From NCBI GenBank assembly GCA_038883715.1, contig JAVZLS010000025.1, positions 1-11,061 on the forward strand: 11,061 bases of DNA. Direction: 5' to 3'. This document shows, piece by piece, positions 1-6,163 of the stretch (position 1 is its first letter; each line of letters starts with the position of its first letter). The notes beneath the pieces were generated by a model. That model was not told the DNA's origin. It ran no database searches and saw nothing but the letters and a program-made list of their open reading frames with translations. Both the position numbers and the translations under genes were made by a program. Source of the DNA: Candidatus Bathyarchaeia archaeon (GTDB lineage Archaea > Thermoproteota > Bathyarchaeia > Bathyarchaeales > Bathycorpusculaceae).

Positions 1-154
1 CTTGTGCCTATTCTTCGGCCCAACACTATCAAGCCCATCACCAAACATAATAAAATCCTACAGCCCAGTAAACGTGGTGGGAAAAATCCTCGAAGATCCA
101 AAAATCCTAGAAAAAGTCAGCGAAGGCGAAAAACTAAGAGTTGAGAAGCTCTAA
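1..154 (+). CDS. 3' end of a cyclophilin-like fold protein (TM1367/DUF369-like), partial
   Basis: Frame from nt 2 reads LCLFFGPTLSSPSPNIIKSYSPVNVVGKILEDPKILEKVSEGEKLRVEKL, stop TAA 152-154. LCxFFGPT...SPVNVxGK is typical of the family C-terminus. Not in the ORF track because it is truncated. Confidence 0.8.
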   Translation, partial: LCLFFGPTLSSPSPNIIKSYSPVNVVGKILEDPKILEKVSEGEKLRVEKL

Positions 155-187
155 GTCTCTGCTCGTAAAACAATCGAAAGCCCTAAA

Positions 188-195
188 TCTATAAA
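188..195 (+). promoter_or_regulatory. putative TATA box of tRNA-Ala
   Basis: TCTATAAA ending 25 nt before the tRNA 5' end (221). Confidence 0.55.
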
Positions 196-199
196 CTTC

Positions 200-319
200 T
201 CATCTCACCAGAAAACAAATGGGCCGGTAGTTCAGCTGGTATGAACGCCCGACTCGCACTCGGGAGGTCGCGGGTTCAAATCCCGCCCGGTCCACCATCC
301 CTCGCCGGAATGCCAACAT
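200..319 (-). pseudogene. possible intN-like remnant (split SSV-type integrase N-terminal fragment) antisense to tRNA-Ala
   Basis: Minus-strand ORF MLAFRRGMVDRAGFEPATSRVRVGRSYQLNYRPICFLVR*, preceded by GGTGA (332-328), GGAGG (350-346) and TTTATTTATAA (389-379). No intC or att repeat in the window. Confidence 0.25.
221..297 (+). tRNA. tRNA-Ala(CGC), intronless, CCA encoded
   Basis: Cloverleaf: acceptor GGGCCGG/CCGGTCC with the G3:U70 Ala identity pair, D stem GTTC/GAAC, anticodon stem CCCGA/TCGGG with CGC at 255-257, T arm GCGGG-TTCAAAT-CCCGC, discriminator A294, CCA 295-297. Confidence 0.98.
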
Positions 320-417
320 CAACTCGATCACCACTCACAAGAAAACCTCCAAGAAACGCGTTTATCGCTTATCAACTGTTATAAATAAATTTTTACCTGT
401 TAAACCGAGAGTAAAGA

Positions 418-425
418 TTTTAAAA
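418..425 (+). promoter_or_regulatory. putative TATA box (purine-rich BRE-like sequence upstream) for the C/D-like RNA
   Basis: GAGTAAAGA-TTTTAAAA, about 23 nt upstream of box C. No + strand CDS follows, so the RNA is the only obvious product. Confidence 0.6.
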
Positions 426-445
426 CCCGCATTTTGAAGTATTTG

Positions 446-515
446 TCGGCGATGAGAATATGCTCCTCCTCTCATCGGGCTGAATTTGATGAAGAGGGGG
501 GCATACTCCTGAGCT
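446..515 (+). ncRNA. box C/D-like sRNA (K-turn/K-loop RNA) with mutually complementary guides
   Basis: Box C GCGATGA 449-455, D' CTGA 480-483, C' TTGATGA 486-492, D CTGA 509-512, in canonical order. Intergenic with an upstream TATA. 459-472 pairs with 493-505. Ends are approximate. Confidence 0.7.
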
Positions 516-532
516 CAAGATCAGAAGCTTCT

Positions 533-542
533 AAACTAAAAA
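533..542 (-). terminator. possible U-rich terminator after the pLGIC gene
   Basis: Minus strand TTTTTAGTTT begins 4 nt after the stop codon. Confidence 0.35.
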
Positions 543-546
543 GGGT

Positions 547-1488
547 TTAAAGGACTATCTGAATTATTATTAGAGCGATTATTAGTGCTGCGAGTACTTT
601 CATAGCCTTTTTGTTGAATTTTGCGGCTTCCTCGATTTTCTTTGCATCTACAAGCCTCATAATGTAGACGGATGCCGAAAGGTTGTAAAGGAATATGACA
701 TAAACTGACATCATCATTCTATCCGCAAAGGTCAGATAGCCTATCGGCGGCAAGCCACTAAGAAGGGATAAGTGGAAAGCCGTAGCAGACATAAGGGTTG
801 TTACACCTAAACCTATTCTCTGACTGAAGTTTTGGGGTGAAATGAAGAATGTGAGAAGCGATATCGTTGTTATGACAATTATGGGCAGTACACTTTTCAC
901 AAAGGATGACAGCATTGGGCGTCTTAATTGAATGCTAAAAATGAACCTTGAAAAAGTCTCTTCGCCGTACGAGTGTTCAGTTACTGTGGCGTTATACCCA
1001 CCTATCTCCCATCCTGCTATATTAATGGCTTCATCAACCGTCGAGTTCTGATCTGCAATATAGCGTAGGCTTGACACGTCAAGTTCTTTGTGCTCCAATT
1101 CTATGGTGAGCGTGTGGGTTTCAAATGGGTAGTTGGTGAAGTCGAAGGTTTTTATGAAGTCTCCTTTAATACGGTATTCAACATAACCGCGCGTTTCGTT
1201 CTCCTCTATTGGGGTGAAAGGCCCAAGCGGACCGTTTACAAACTCGAATTTCTTTACATCTGCCAAGCTAATTTCAGAAGAGTTAAACTTAAACCATAAA
1301 TAGAAGTCCAGGCGGTAGCTGCTTGCGGCTAAATCCACCTTTTCAACATTCACAAGCCAAACTCCAGCATAAACCCTTGTTGGCTCCGTGTTTGACTCAA
1401 GGCTTTCAGCCATCGTTCGTGGGGTTGACATCAACATTAGTGGCAAAGCGAAAGCAAATATCAGCATAAGTAAATAACGCTTCTTCAA
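547..1488 (-). CDS. pentameric ligand-gated ion channel (prokaryotic Pro-loop receptor, GLIC/ELIC-like)
   Basis: Signal peptide MKKRYLLMLIFAFALPLML; beta-sandwich motifs LDFYLWFKF and Pro-loop FDFTNYPFETHTL; pre-M1 IQLRR; M1 with Pro (VLPIIVI); M2 RIGLGVTTLMSATAFH; M2-M3 loop LPPIGYLTFAD; four hydrophobic segments. TTG start with GGTGAGG SD. Confidence 0.93.
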   Translation of the reverse strand: MKKRYLLMLIFAFALPLMLMSTPRTMAESLESNTEPTRVYAGVWLVNVEKVDLAASSYRLDFYLWFKFNSSEISLADVKKFEFVNGPLGPFTPIEENETRGYVEYRIKGDFIKTFDFTNYPFETHTLTIELEHKELDVSSLRYIADQNSTVDEAINIAGWEIGGYNATVTEHSYGEETFSRFIFSIQLRRPMLSSFVKSVLPIIVITTISLLTFFISPQNFSQRIGLGVTTLMSATAFHLSLLSGLPPIGYLTFADRMMMSVYVIFLYNLSASVYIMRLVDAKKIEEAAKFNKKAMKVLAALIIALIIIQIVL

Positions 1489-1529
1489 GATGCCTCACCA
1501 GTTGGGTTTCAATTTGAATGCCGAGTTTG

Positions 1530-1537
1530 ATATATAA
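1530..1537 (-). promoter_or_regulatory. putative TATA box of the pLGIC gene
   Basis: TTATATAT on the minus strand, about 40 nt upstream of the TTG start. Confidence 0.55.
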
Positions 1538-1637
1538 GCGTTAAGGACGGCAAAATGTCACTTTTAGCATGATTTTTATTGCTAATAAGTATGTTTGGCT
1601 ATTCCTACGGATACATTTTAAGGATTCGCTACCTTTA

Positions 1638-1645
1638 TTTATATA
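1638..1645 (+). promoter_or_regulatory. putative TATA box of the 1689 ORF
   Basis: TTTATATA about 43 nt before the ATG; AGGAG SD in between. Confidence 0.55.
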
Positions 1646-1688
1646 AGAGGGCATTGAATAGGTTGAAGAAATACAGGAGAACAATCCT

Positions 1689-2240
1689 ATGTCGAAAAAG
1701 GCTCCATCAAAGGACGACGCGCTTGAAGCATTAGACTTCATCATTAATGTTTTAAGGGAGCATGAGAAGGATTTAGACCGCCTCATAAATGAGTTAGGCA
1801 AAATAACCGAGAGGCTCGGAGAGGCCGGCGAACTAAGCGGCAAAATAGAAAACGTTGAGGAACGACTCACAAATCTTCAGAATGAAATATCCAATCTTAT
1901 CTCTTACCTCTCAACATCTCACGAAGCTCCGAGAGCAGCCACTACGACAGCTCCAGCTCAAAAACCTCAAGTTTTTGCAGCTGAAGTTCGAGGTCCACCA
2001 GTCATTTTACGCTGCAAACAATGGGAGGACTTTCAAACCCTAGCCCGTCAAGCCCAAGCACTCTCATTCCTATACAAGGAGGCGGAGAAAACATTCCAAG
2101 CAGATGCCCTGAAAAATAACCAAATCATAACTTATAGTGGGGAACTCCCAAAGCCCACAACTCTCCTAAAAAGTTGGCTTTCTAAACAGCTGGATGTTCC
2201 TGAAGAGAAGATTCTTGAGGGGATATTAGCCGTCGGCTAA
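1689..2240 (+). CDS. hypothetical protein: N-terminal coiled coil, Ala/Thr/Pro linker, C-terminal small alpha/beta domain
   Basis: 183-aa ORF with SD and TATA; heptad Leu/Ile pattern over about aa 10-75; linker APRAATTTAPAQKP. No recognisable family motif. Confidence 0.85.
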   Translation: MSKKAPSKDDALEALDFIINVLREHEKDLDRLINELGKITERLGEAGELSGKIENVEERLTNLQNEISNLISYLSTSHEAPRAATTTAPAQKPQVFAAEVRGPPVILRCKQWEDFQTLARQAQALSFLYKEAEKTFQADALKNNQIITYSGELPKPTTLLKSWLSKQLDVPEEKILEGILAVG

Positions 2241-2283
2241 GCTTCTGTTTAAGAAGTTGTATGTTTGTGTTATGTAGTAATGT

Positions 2284-2291
2284 TTTTATAT
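2284..2291 (+). promoter_or_regulatory. putative TATA box upstream of the structured RNA/small ORF
   Basis: TTTTATAT in AT-rich intergenic DNA, about 30-50 nt before the hairpin. Confidence 0.45.
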
Positions 2292-2338
2292 TTGCATGAG
2301 TATTAAGTCTTACGATGCAGTATGGGGTGGAGGTTGAA

Positions 2339-2426
2339 GGCTGAACAGGGGCAGCCAAAATCGGTTTTTCCGTTTTCGAAGCCTTCTCCTTTCTCCTCGA
2401 TGACGGAAATGGCTGCTCGTTCAGCC
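2339..2426 (+). ncRNA. long stem-loop (candidate cis-regulatory leader or sRNA) with CU-rich loop
   Basis: GGCTGAAC/GTTCAGCC, GGGCAGCCA/TGGCTGCTC, TTTCCGTT/GACGGAAA and TCGA/TCGA give about 29 bp, closing the loop AGCCTTCTCCTTTCTCC. Strand inferred from the upstream TATA and G-U pairs. Confidence 0.5.
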
Positions 2427-2480
2427 AAAAAACAATGAAAGCCCCAAAACCAAGCCACAAATTATGGAGGCGCAATAAGC

Positions 2481-2627
2481 GTGGAGGAAAGCCGAAAAGC
2501 CCTAGAAAGGCTTCATGAAGAGTTTGTGAGGTTTGAGAAGGCCATGGAGGAACTGCGCTTCTTAAAGATGGTGGCTCAAGACCTTAAAAGCTTTAGGAAG
2601 ATGCTAAGTTTTAGGAGATACGATTAA
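2481..2627 (+). CDS. small helical/coiled-coil hypothetical protein (48 aa), not in the ORF track
   Basis: GTG start 10 nt after TGGAGG (2465-2470); MEESRKALERLHEEFVRFEKAMEELRFLKMVAQDLKSFRKMLSFRRYD*. Amphipathic periodicity and purine-rich, coding-like composition. Confidence 0.6.
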   Translation: MEESRKALERLHEEFVRFEKAMEELRFLKMVAQDLKSFRKMLSFRRYD

Positions 2628-2649
2628 GATTATCCAAGAAAGTAAAGCC

Positions 2650-2657
2650 TTTAAGTA
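2650..2657 (+). promoter_or_regulatory. putative TATA box of cysS (near-leaderless)
   Basis: AGTAAAGCC-TTTAAGTA, 28 nt before ATG 2686. Confidence 0.55.
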
Positions 2658-2685
2658 TTGTTGTTACTATCATTTTGGACGGGAT

Positions 2686-4110
2686 ATGGAATCTAAGTGT
2701 GGAGAAATTTTCTTCTTTAACACTTTGACACGGAAAAAGGAGGAGTTTGTTCCTTTAGAGGAAGGCAAAGTTCGGATTTACACTTGTGGTCCCACGGTTT
2801 GGGATTTTGCCCATATCGGAAACTTTAGGACCTTTGTTTTTCAAGACATTTTAAGGAGATGGTTAGAGTATCGCGGTTTTAAGGTAATACAGGTCATGAA
2901 CATCACCGATGTCGATGATAAGACAATTAAGGGGGCTAGGAAGCGGAACATTCCTTTAAGAGAGTATACAGACTACTATATCAAGGCGTTTTTTGAGGAT
3001 ATTGAGGCATTAAACCTTGAAAAGGCTGAGTATTATCCTAGGGCTACTGAGCATATTCCAGAAATGGTTGATTTGATTAAGAGGCTTATGGAGAAGGGCT
3101 ATGCCTATAGGGGAGAGGATGGCTCCATTTATTATGACATTTCAAAGTTTAAGGATTATGGGAAACTTTCAAAGTTGAAAATTGAAGAGTTGAAGCCGGG
3201 CGCAAGAGTGAAAGTTGATGAATATGGGAAGGAGGAAGCTCGCGACTTCGCCCTTTGGAAGGCTTGGGACGAAGAGGATGGCGACGTTTTTTGGGAGACG
3301 GAAATTGGCAAGGGAAGACCCGGATGGCATATCGAATGCTCAACCATGGCAATGAAATATTTGGGTGAAACCATAGACATTCACAGCGGCGGCGTTGACC
3401 TCATTTTCCCGCATCACGAAAATGAGATTGCTCAAAGTGAGGCTGCTACTGGCAAGCCCTTTGCCCGTTATTGGCTTCACTCTGAGCACTTGCTCGTCGA
3501 GGGTAGGCGTATGGCTAAGAGATATGGCAACTTTTACACTCTGAGGGATTTGGTGGCAAAGGGTTATGATCCTTTGGCTATACGTTATTTGCTTATGTCC
3601 ACTCATTATAGACAACAGTTAAATTTCACCTTCGAAGGGCTTGAGGCTGCAAAGGGTGCTGTTGACCGCTTAAGAACTTTTATGCGAAGGCTTTTGGAGG
3701 CTGATGGTGAAGGTTGCGGAGAAAAAGTGAGAAGTTTGATGGTTGAAGTGCAGAGGCGTTTTGAGGAGGCTATGGATGACGACTTAAATATAAGTGTAGC
3801 TTTGGCTGCCCTTTTCGACTTCATTAGGGATGTAAACAAGCTTATGGACGAGAACAAAATAAGCAGGCAAGAGGCTGAAGAAGTATATAATTTGATGATG
3901 AATTTTGACAAGGTTTTGGGCGTTATAGGCGAAGTTAAAGCCGAAGAAAAGTTGCCGCCAGAGGCTGAAGAACTGATCAGGAGGCGGGAGGAAGCAAGAA
4001 AAGCCAAGGACTGGGCGACCGCTGATAAGATTAGGGAGCAGCTTAGAGCTATGGGTATCATATTGGAGGATACGCCTCAAGGAGTGAGGTGGCGAATAGA
4101 AAAACGTTAG
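2686..4110 (+). CDS. cysS: cysteine--tRNA ligase (class I CysRS)
   Basis: YTCGPTV, HIGN (HIGH motif), DFALWK, GRPGWHIECS, DIHSGGVDLIFPHHENE, C-terminal AD-IR-QL-AMGIILED. Confidence 0.98.
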   Translation: MESKCGEIFFFNTLTRKKEEFVPLEEGKVRIYTCGPTVWDFAHIGNFRTFVFQDILRRWLEYRGFKVIQVMNITDVDDKTIKGARKRNIPLREYTDYYIKAFFEDIEALNLEKAEYYPRATEHIPEMVDLIKRLMEKGYAYRGEDGSIYYDISKFKDYGKLSKLKIEELKPGARVKVDEYGKEEARDFALWKAWDEEDGDVFWETEIGKGRPGWHIECSTMAMKYLGETIDIHSGGVDLIFPHHENEIAQSEAATGKPFARYWLHSEHLLVEGRRMAKRYGNFYTLRDLVAKGYDPLAIRYLLMSTHYRQQLNFTFEGLEAAKGAVDRLRTFMRRLLEADGEGCGEKVRSLMVEVQRRFEEAMDDDLNISVALAALFDFIRDVNKLMDENKISRQEAEEVYNLMMNFDKVLGVIGEVKAEEKLPPEAEELIRRREEARKAKDWATADKIREQLRAMGIILEDTPQGVRWRIEKR

Positions 4111-4898
4111 CGTAACTCTTTTCCATGCATATTCCATTCTGTTGTTGCATATTTTTCTATGCAGAGTTTTTCAGCTAGCTTTTTCTCATAACTCGTTAAA
4201 TCATCTTTTTCAAGCGTTGCCTTTAGCGCCTTTTGGAAGCCTTCGATTAGGGCTTCGTGCACCGTAGCGAGCAGAATTTCTCTTCCAAGCTCCGCCTTTA
4301 TAGATGTTATCTTGTTTTTTGCTATACCTACAACTTCCATGCATGTTTTTGCCCATGGAACCCTTATGAATGTGAACATCTTTTCGAGGTTAACGTCCAC
4401 AAGTATTGTGCCATGTTGCAGGACTACGTCGGATTTGTGGCACTGGGCGCTTCCAGAAATTTTCTTCCCATTTATTGTCAGGTTTGGGCATGCCCTTGCA
4501 TCACCCTCATTAAAATCTGCTTTCAGCCCTAGAATTTTTAGGGCTTCAACTATGCCGGCGTAAATTTTTGCATAAACCTCTGTTATGTCCTTGGCGCCTA
4601 AATCCTCTTTGCTTGCGACTACACTGTAAGTTATTTCGCCTTCCGCGTCATGGTAGACCGTGCCTCCGCCAGTTATTCGCCTAACAATGTCCACGCCATA
4701 CCTTTGACAATTTTCGAGATAAACTTCATTTTCTATTTTTTGAAATCGCCCAATAGACACTGCCGAAGGTTTCCAACGGTAAAACCTTACAGTGTTAGGC
4801 GCCAACCCTTTTGTTCTTGCCTCCAATATGGCTTCGTCTACTGCCATGTTCATGTAGGCGTTATGGGTTTGAAACTTTAGCAGTCTCCAATCAGCCAT
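4107..4898 (-). CDS. lplA: lipoate-protein ligase A family catalytic domain (LplA/LipM-like)
   Basis: NMAVDEAIL, VRRITGGGTVYHD, GKKISGSAQ, LQHGTIL. No C-terminal LplB domain. ATG 4898 preferred; GTG 4913 is the alternative. Stop overlaps the cysS stop. Confidence 0.9.
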   Translation of the reverse strand: MADWRLLKFQTHNAYMNMAVDEAILEARTKGLAPNTVRFYRWKPSAVSIGRFQKIENEVYLENCQRYGVDIVRRITGGGTVYHDAEGEITYSVVASKEDLGAKDITEVYAKIYAGIVEALKILGLKADFNEGDARACPNLTINGKKISGSAQCHKSDVVLQHGTILVDVNLEKMFTFIRVPWAKTCMEVVGIAKNKITSIKAELGREILLATVHEALIEGFQKALKATLEKDDLTSYEKKLAEKLCIEKYATTEWNMHGKELR

Positions 4899-5025
4899 TT
4901 TGGAAGGCTCCACGCATCTGCATCAACTTATGTGTTTCGTGTTTTAGAAAATTTCTGTTTTGGAGCTTTTCTAAGCCAATACGAGCCTCCCCTCTCTAGT
5001 TTTTGATGGTTTCTGTCTCGTTCAG

Positions 5026-5033
5026 TTTAAATA
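5026..5033 (+). promoter_or_regulatory. putative TATA box of rps12-rps7
   Basis: TTTAAATA about 41 nt upstream of ATG 5075. Confidence 0.6.
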
Positions 5034-5074
5034 TTAGATGTGTGATTACACGTAGCGAGAGGAAAAAGTAGGCT

Positions 5075-5515
5075 ATGGGTTCAAAGTCTCCGAGAGGCGA
5101 GTTCGCCGCAAGAAAACTCGCAGAGAAAAGGAAGAAGTTCCGTTGGAGTAGCATGTACTATAAAAGGCGCATGCTGGGCTTAGATGTTAAGGCTGACCCC
5201 CTTGAAGGCGCACCAATGGCGAGGGGCATAGTTCTCGAAAAGGTTGGTGTGGAAAGCAAACAGCCCAACAGCGCCATAAGAAAATGCGTCCGAGTCCAGC
5301 TAATCAAGAACGGGAAGGTTATTACGGCTTTTCTACCCGGAGACGGAGCCCTAAATGTTGTGGACGAGCACGACGAGGTAATAGTTGAGGGTATTGGTGG
5401 ATCCCGTGGGAGAAGTATGGGCGACATCCCAGGCGTCCGCTGGAAGGTCATAATGGTTAATGGTGTTTCCCTAAAAGAGCTTGTGCTTGGTAGGAAACAG
5501 AAGCCAATGCGGTGA
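5075..5515 (+). CDS. rps12: 30S ribosomal protein uS12 (archaeal S12P)
   Basis: [31 protein letters not shown] and [10 protein letters not shown]. Confidence 0.98.
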   Translation: MGSKSPRGEFAARKLAEKRKKFRWSSMYYKRRMLGLDVKADPLEGAPMARGIVLEKVGVESKQPNSAIRKCVRVQLIKNGKVITAFLPGDGALNVVDEHDEVIVEGIGGSRGRSMGDIPGVRWKVIMVNGVSLKELVLGRKQKPMR

Positions 5516-5521
5516 TAAAGG

Positions 5522-6151
5522 TTGAGCAAGGAGCAAAAAGCAAAAGAGACAGAGCAGCAGAAAAAAGCTGAAAGAAAGGCTGAGGAGAAGGAGATAAAGC
5601 TTTTCGGAAAATGGAGCTTCAAAGAGGTTGAGGTTAGAGACCAGGGCTTGAAGAGGTACATATCGTTAAAACCGGTTGTTATTCCTCATAGCATGGGACG
5701 CCACGAGCACAAACGTTTTGGAAAGGCAAACGTGAACATTGTGGAGAGGCTTGTAAACAATCTTATGCGTCCCGGGAAAAACGCTGGTAAAAAGGCAAAA
5801 GCCATAAACATTGTTAAGCATGCCTTTGAAATTATCCACTTGCGGACTGGAAGAAACCCAATAGAGGTTCTTGTTAGGGCTGTTGAAAACTCTGCACCAT
5901 GCGAAGACACCACAAGAATCGCCTACGGTGGCATAGTCTACCACTTGTCCGTTGACATCTCACCTCAGAGGAGGGTTGACCTAGCTCTAAGGTACATATG
6001 CGAGGGAGCGCGGCAAGCGGCCATGCATAACCCCCGCTCAATTGAAGAGTGCCTAGCAGAAGAGCTTATTTTGGCGGCAAACAACGACATGAAAAGCTAT
6101 GCGGTTTCAAAGCGCCACGAGCTTGAAAGAATAGCTATGGCTTCAAGATAG
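5522..6151 (+). CDS. rps7: 30S ribosomal protein uS7 (archaeal S7P)
   Basis: [51 protein letters not shown] start; Lys/Glu-rich N-terminal extension. Confidence 0.97.
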   Translation: MSKEQKAKETEQQKKAERKAEEKEIKLFGKWSFKEVEVRDQGLKRYISLKPVVIPHSMGRHEHKRFGKANVNIVERLVNNLMRPGKNAGKKAKAINIVKHAFEIIHLRTGRNPIEVLVRAVENSAPCEDTTRIAYGGIVYHLSVDISPQRRVDLALRYICEGARQAAMHNPRSIEECLAEELILAANNDMKSYAVSKRHELERIAMASR

Positions 6152-6163
6152 CCTCATCAAGCC

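Noticed and set aside
448-512. Fluoride riboswitch (starts GGCGATG, contains TGATG)
   Set aside because: No CGCC to close P1, no pseudoknot complement after TGATG, and no downstream + strand gene. The C/D box reading fits better.
523-532. Perfect palindrome AGAAGCTTCT
   Set aside because: A single 10-bp palindrome between convergent units is expected by chance.
1576-1588. TTATT-GCT-AATAA inverted repeat in the divergent promoter region
   Set aside because: Short, AT-only arms in AT-rich DNA, not repeated.
2339-2438. SECIS/selenocysteine recoding of TGA 2436
   Set aside because: The hairpin lies upstream of the TGA, its ATGA/GA elements are in the reverse order of a eukaryote-type SECIS, and the peptide has no selenoprotein context.
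2435-2518. Basic 27-aa ORF MKAPKPSHKLWRRNKRGGKPKSPRKAS
   Set aside because: No SD, and it overlaps the better supported 2481 ORF out of frame.
4944-4974. TTAGAAAA...TTTTCTAA inverted repeat between lplA and rps12
   Set aside because: AT-rich 8-bp arms with a 15-nt spacer and no second copy; too little support for an operator.
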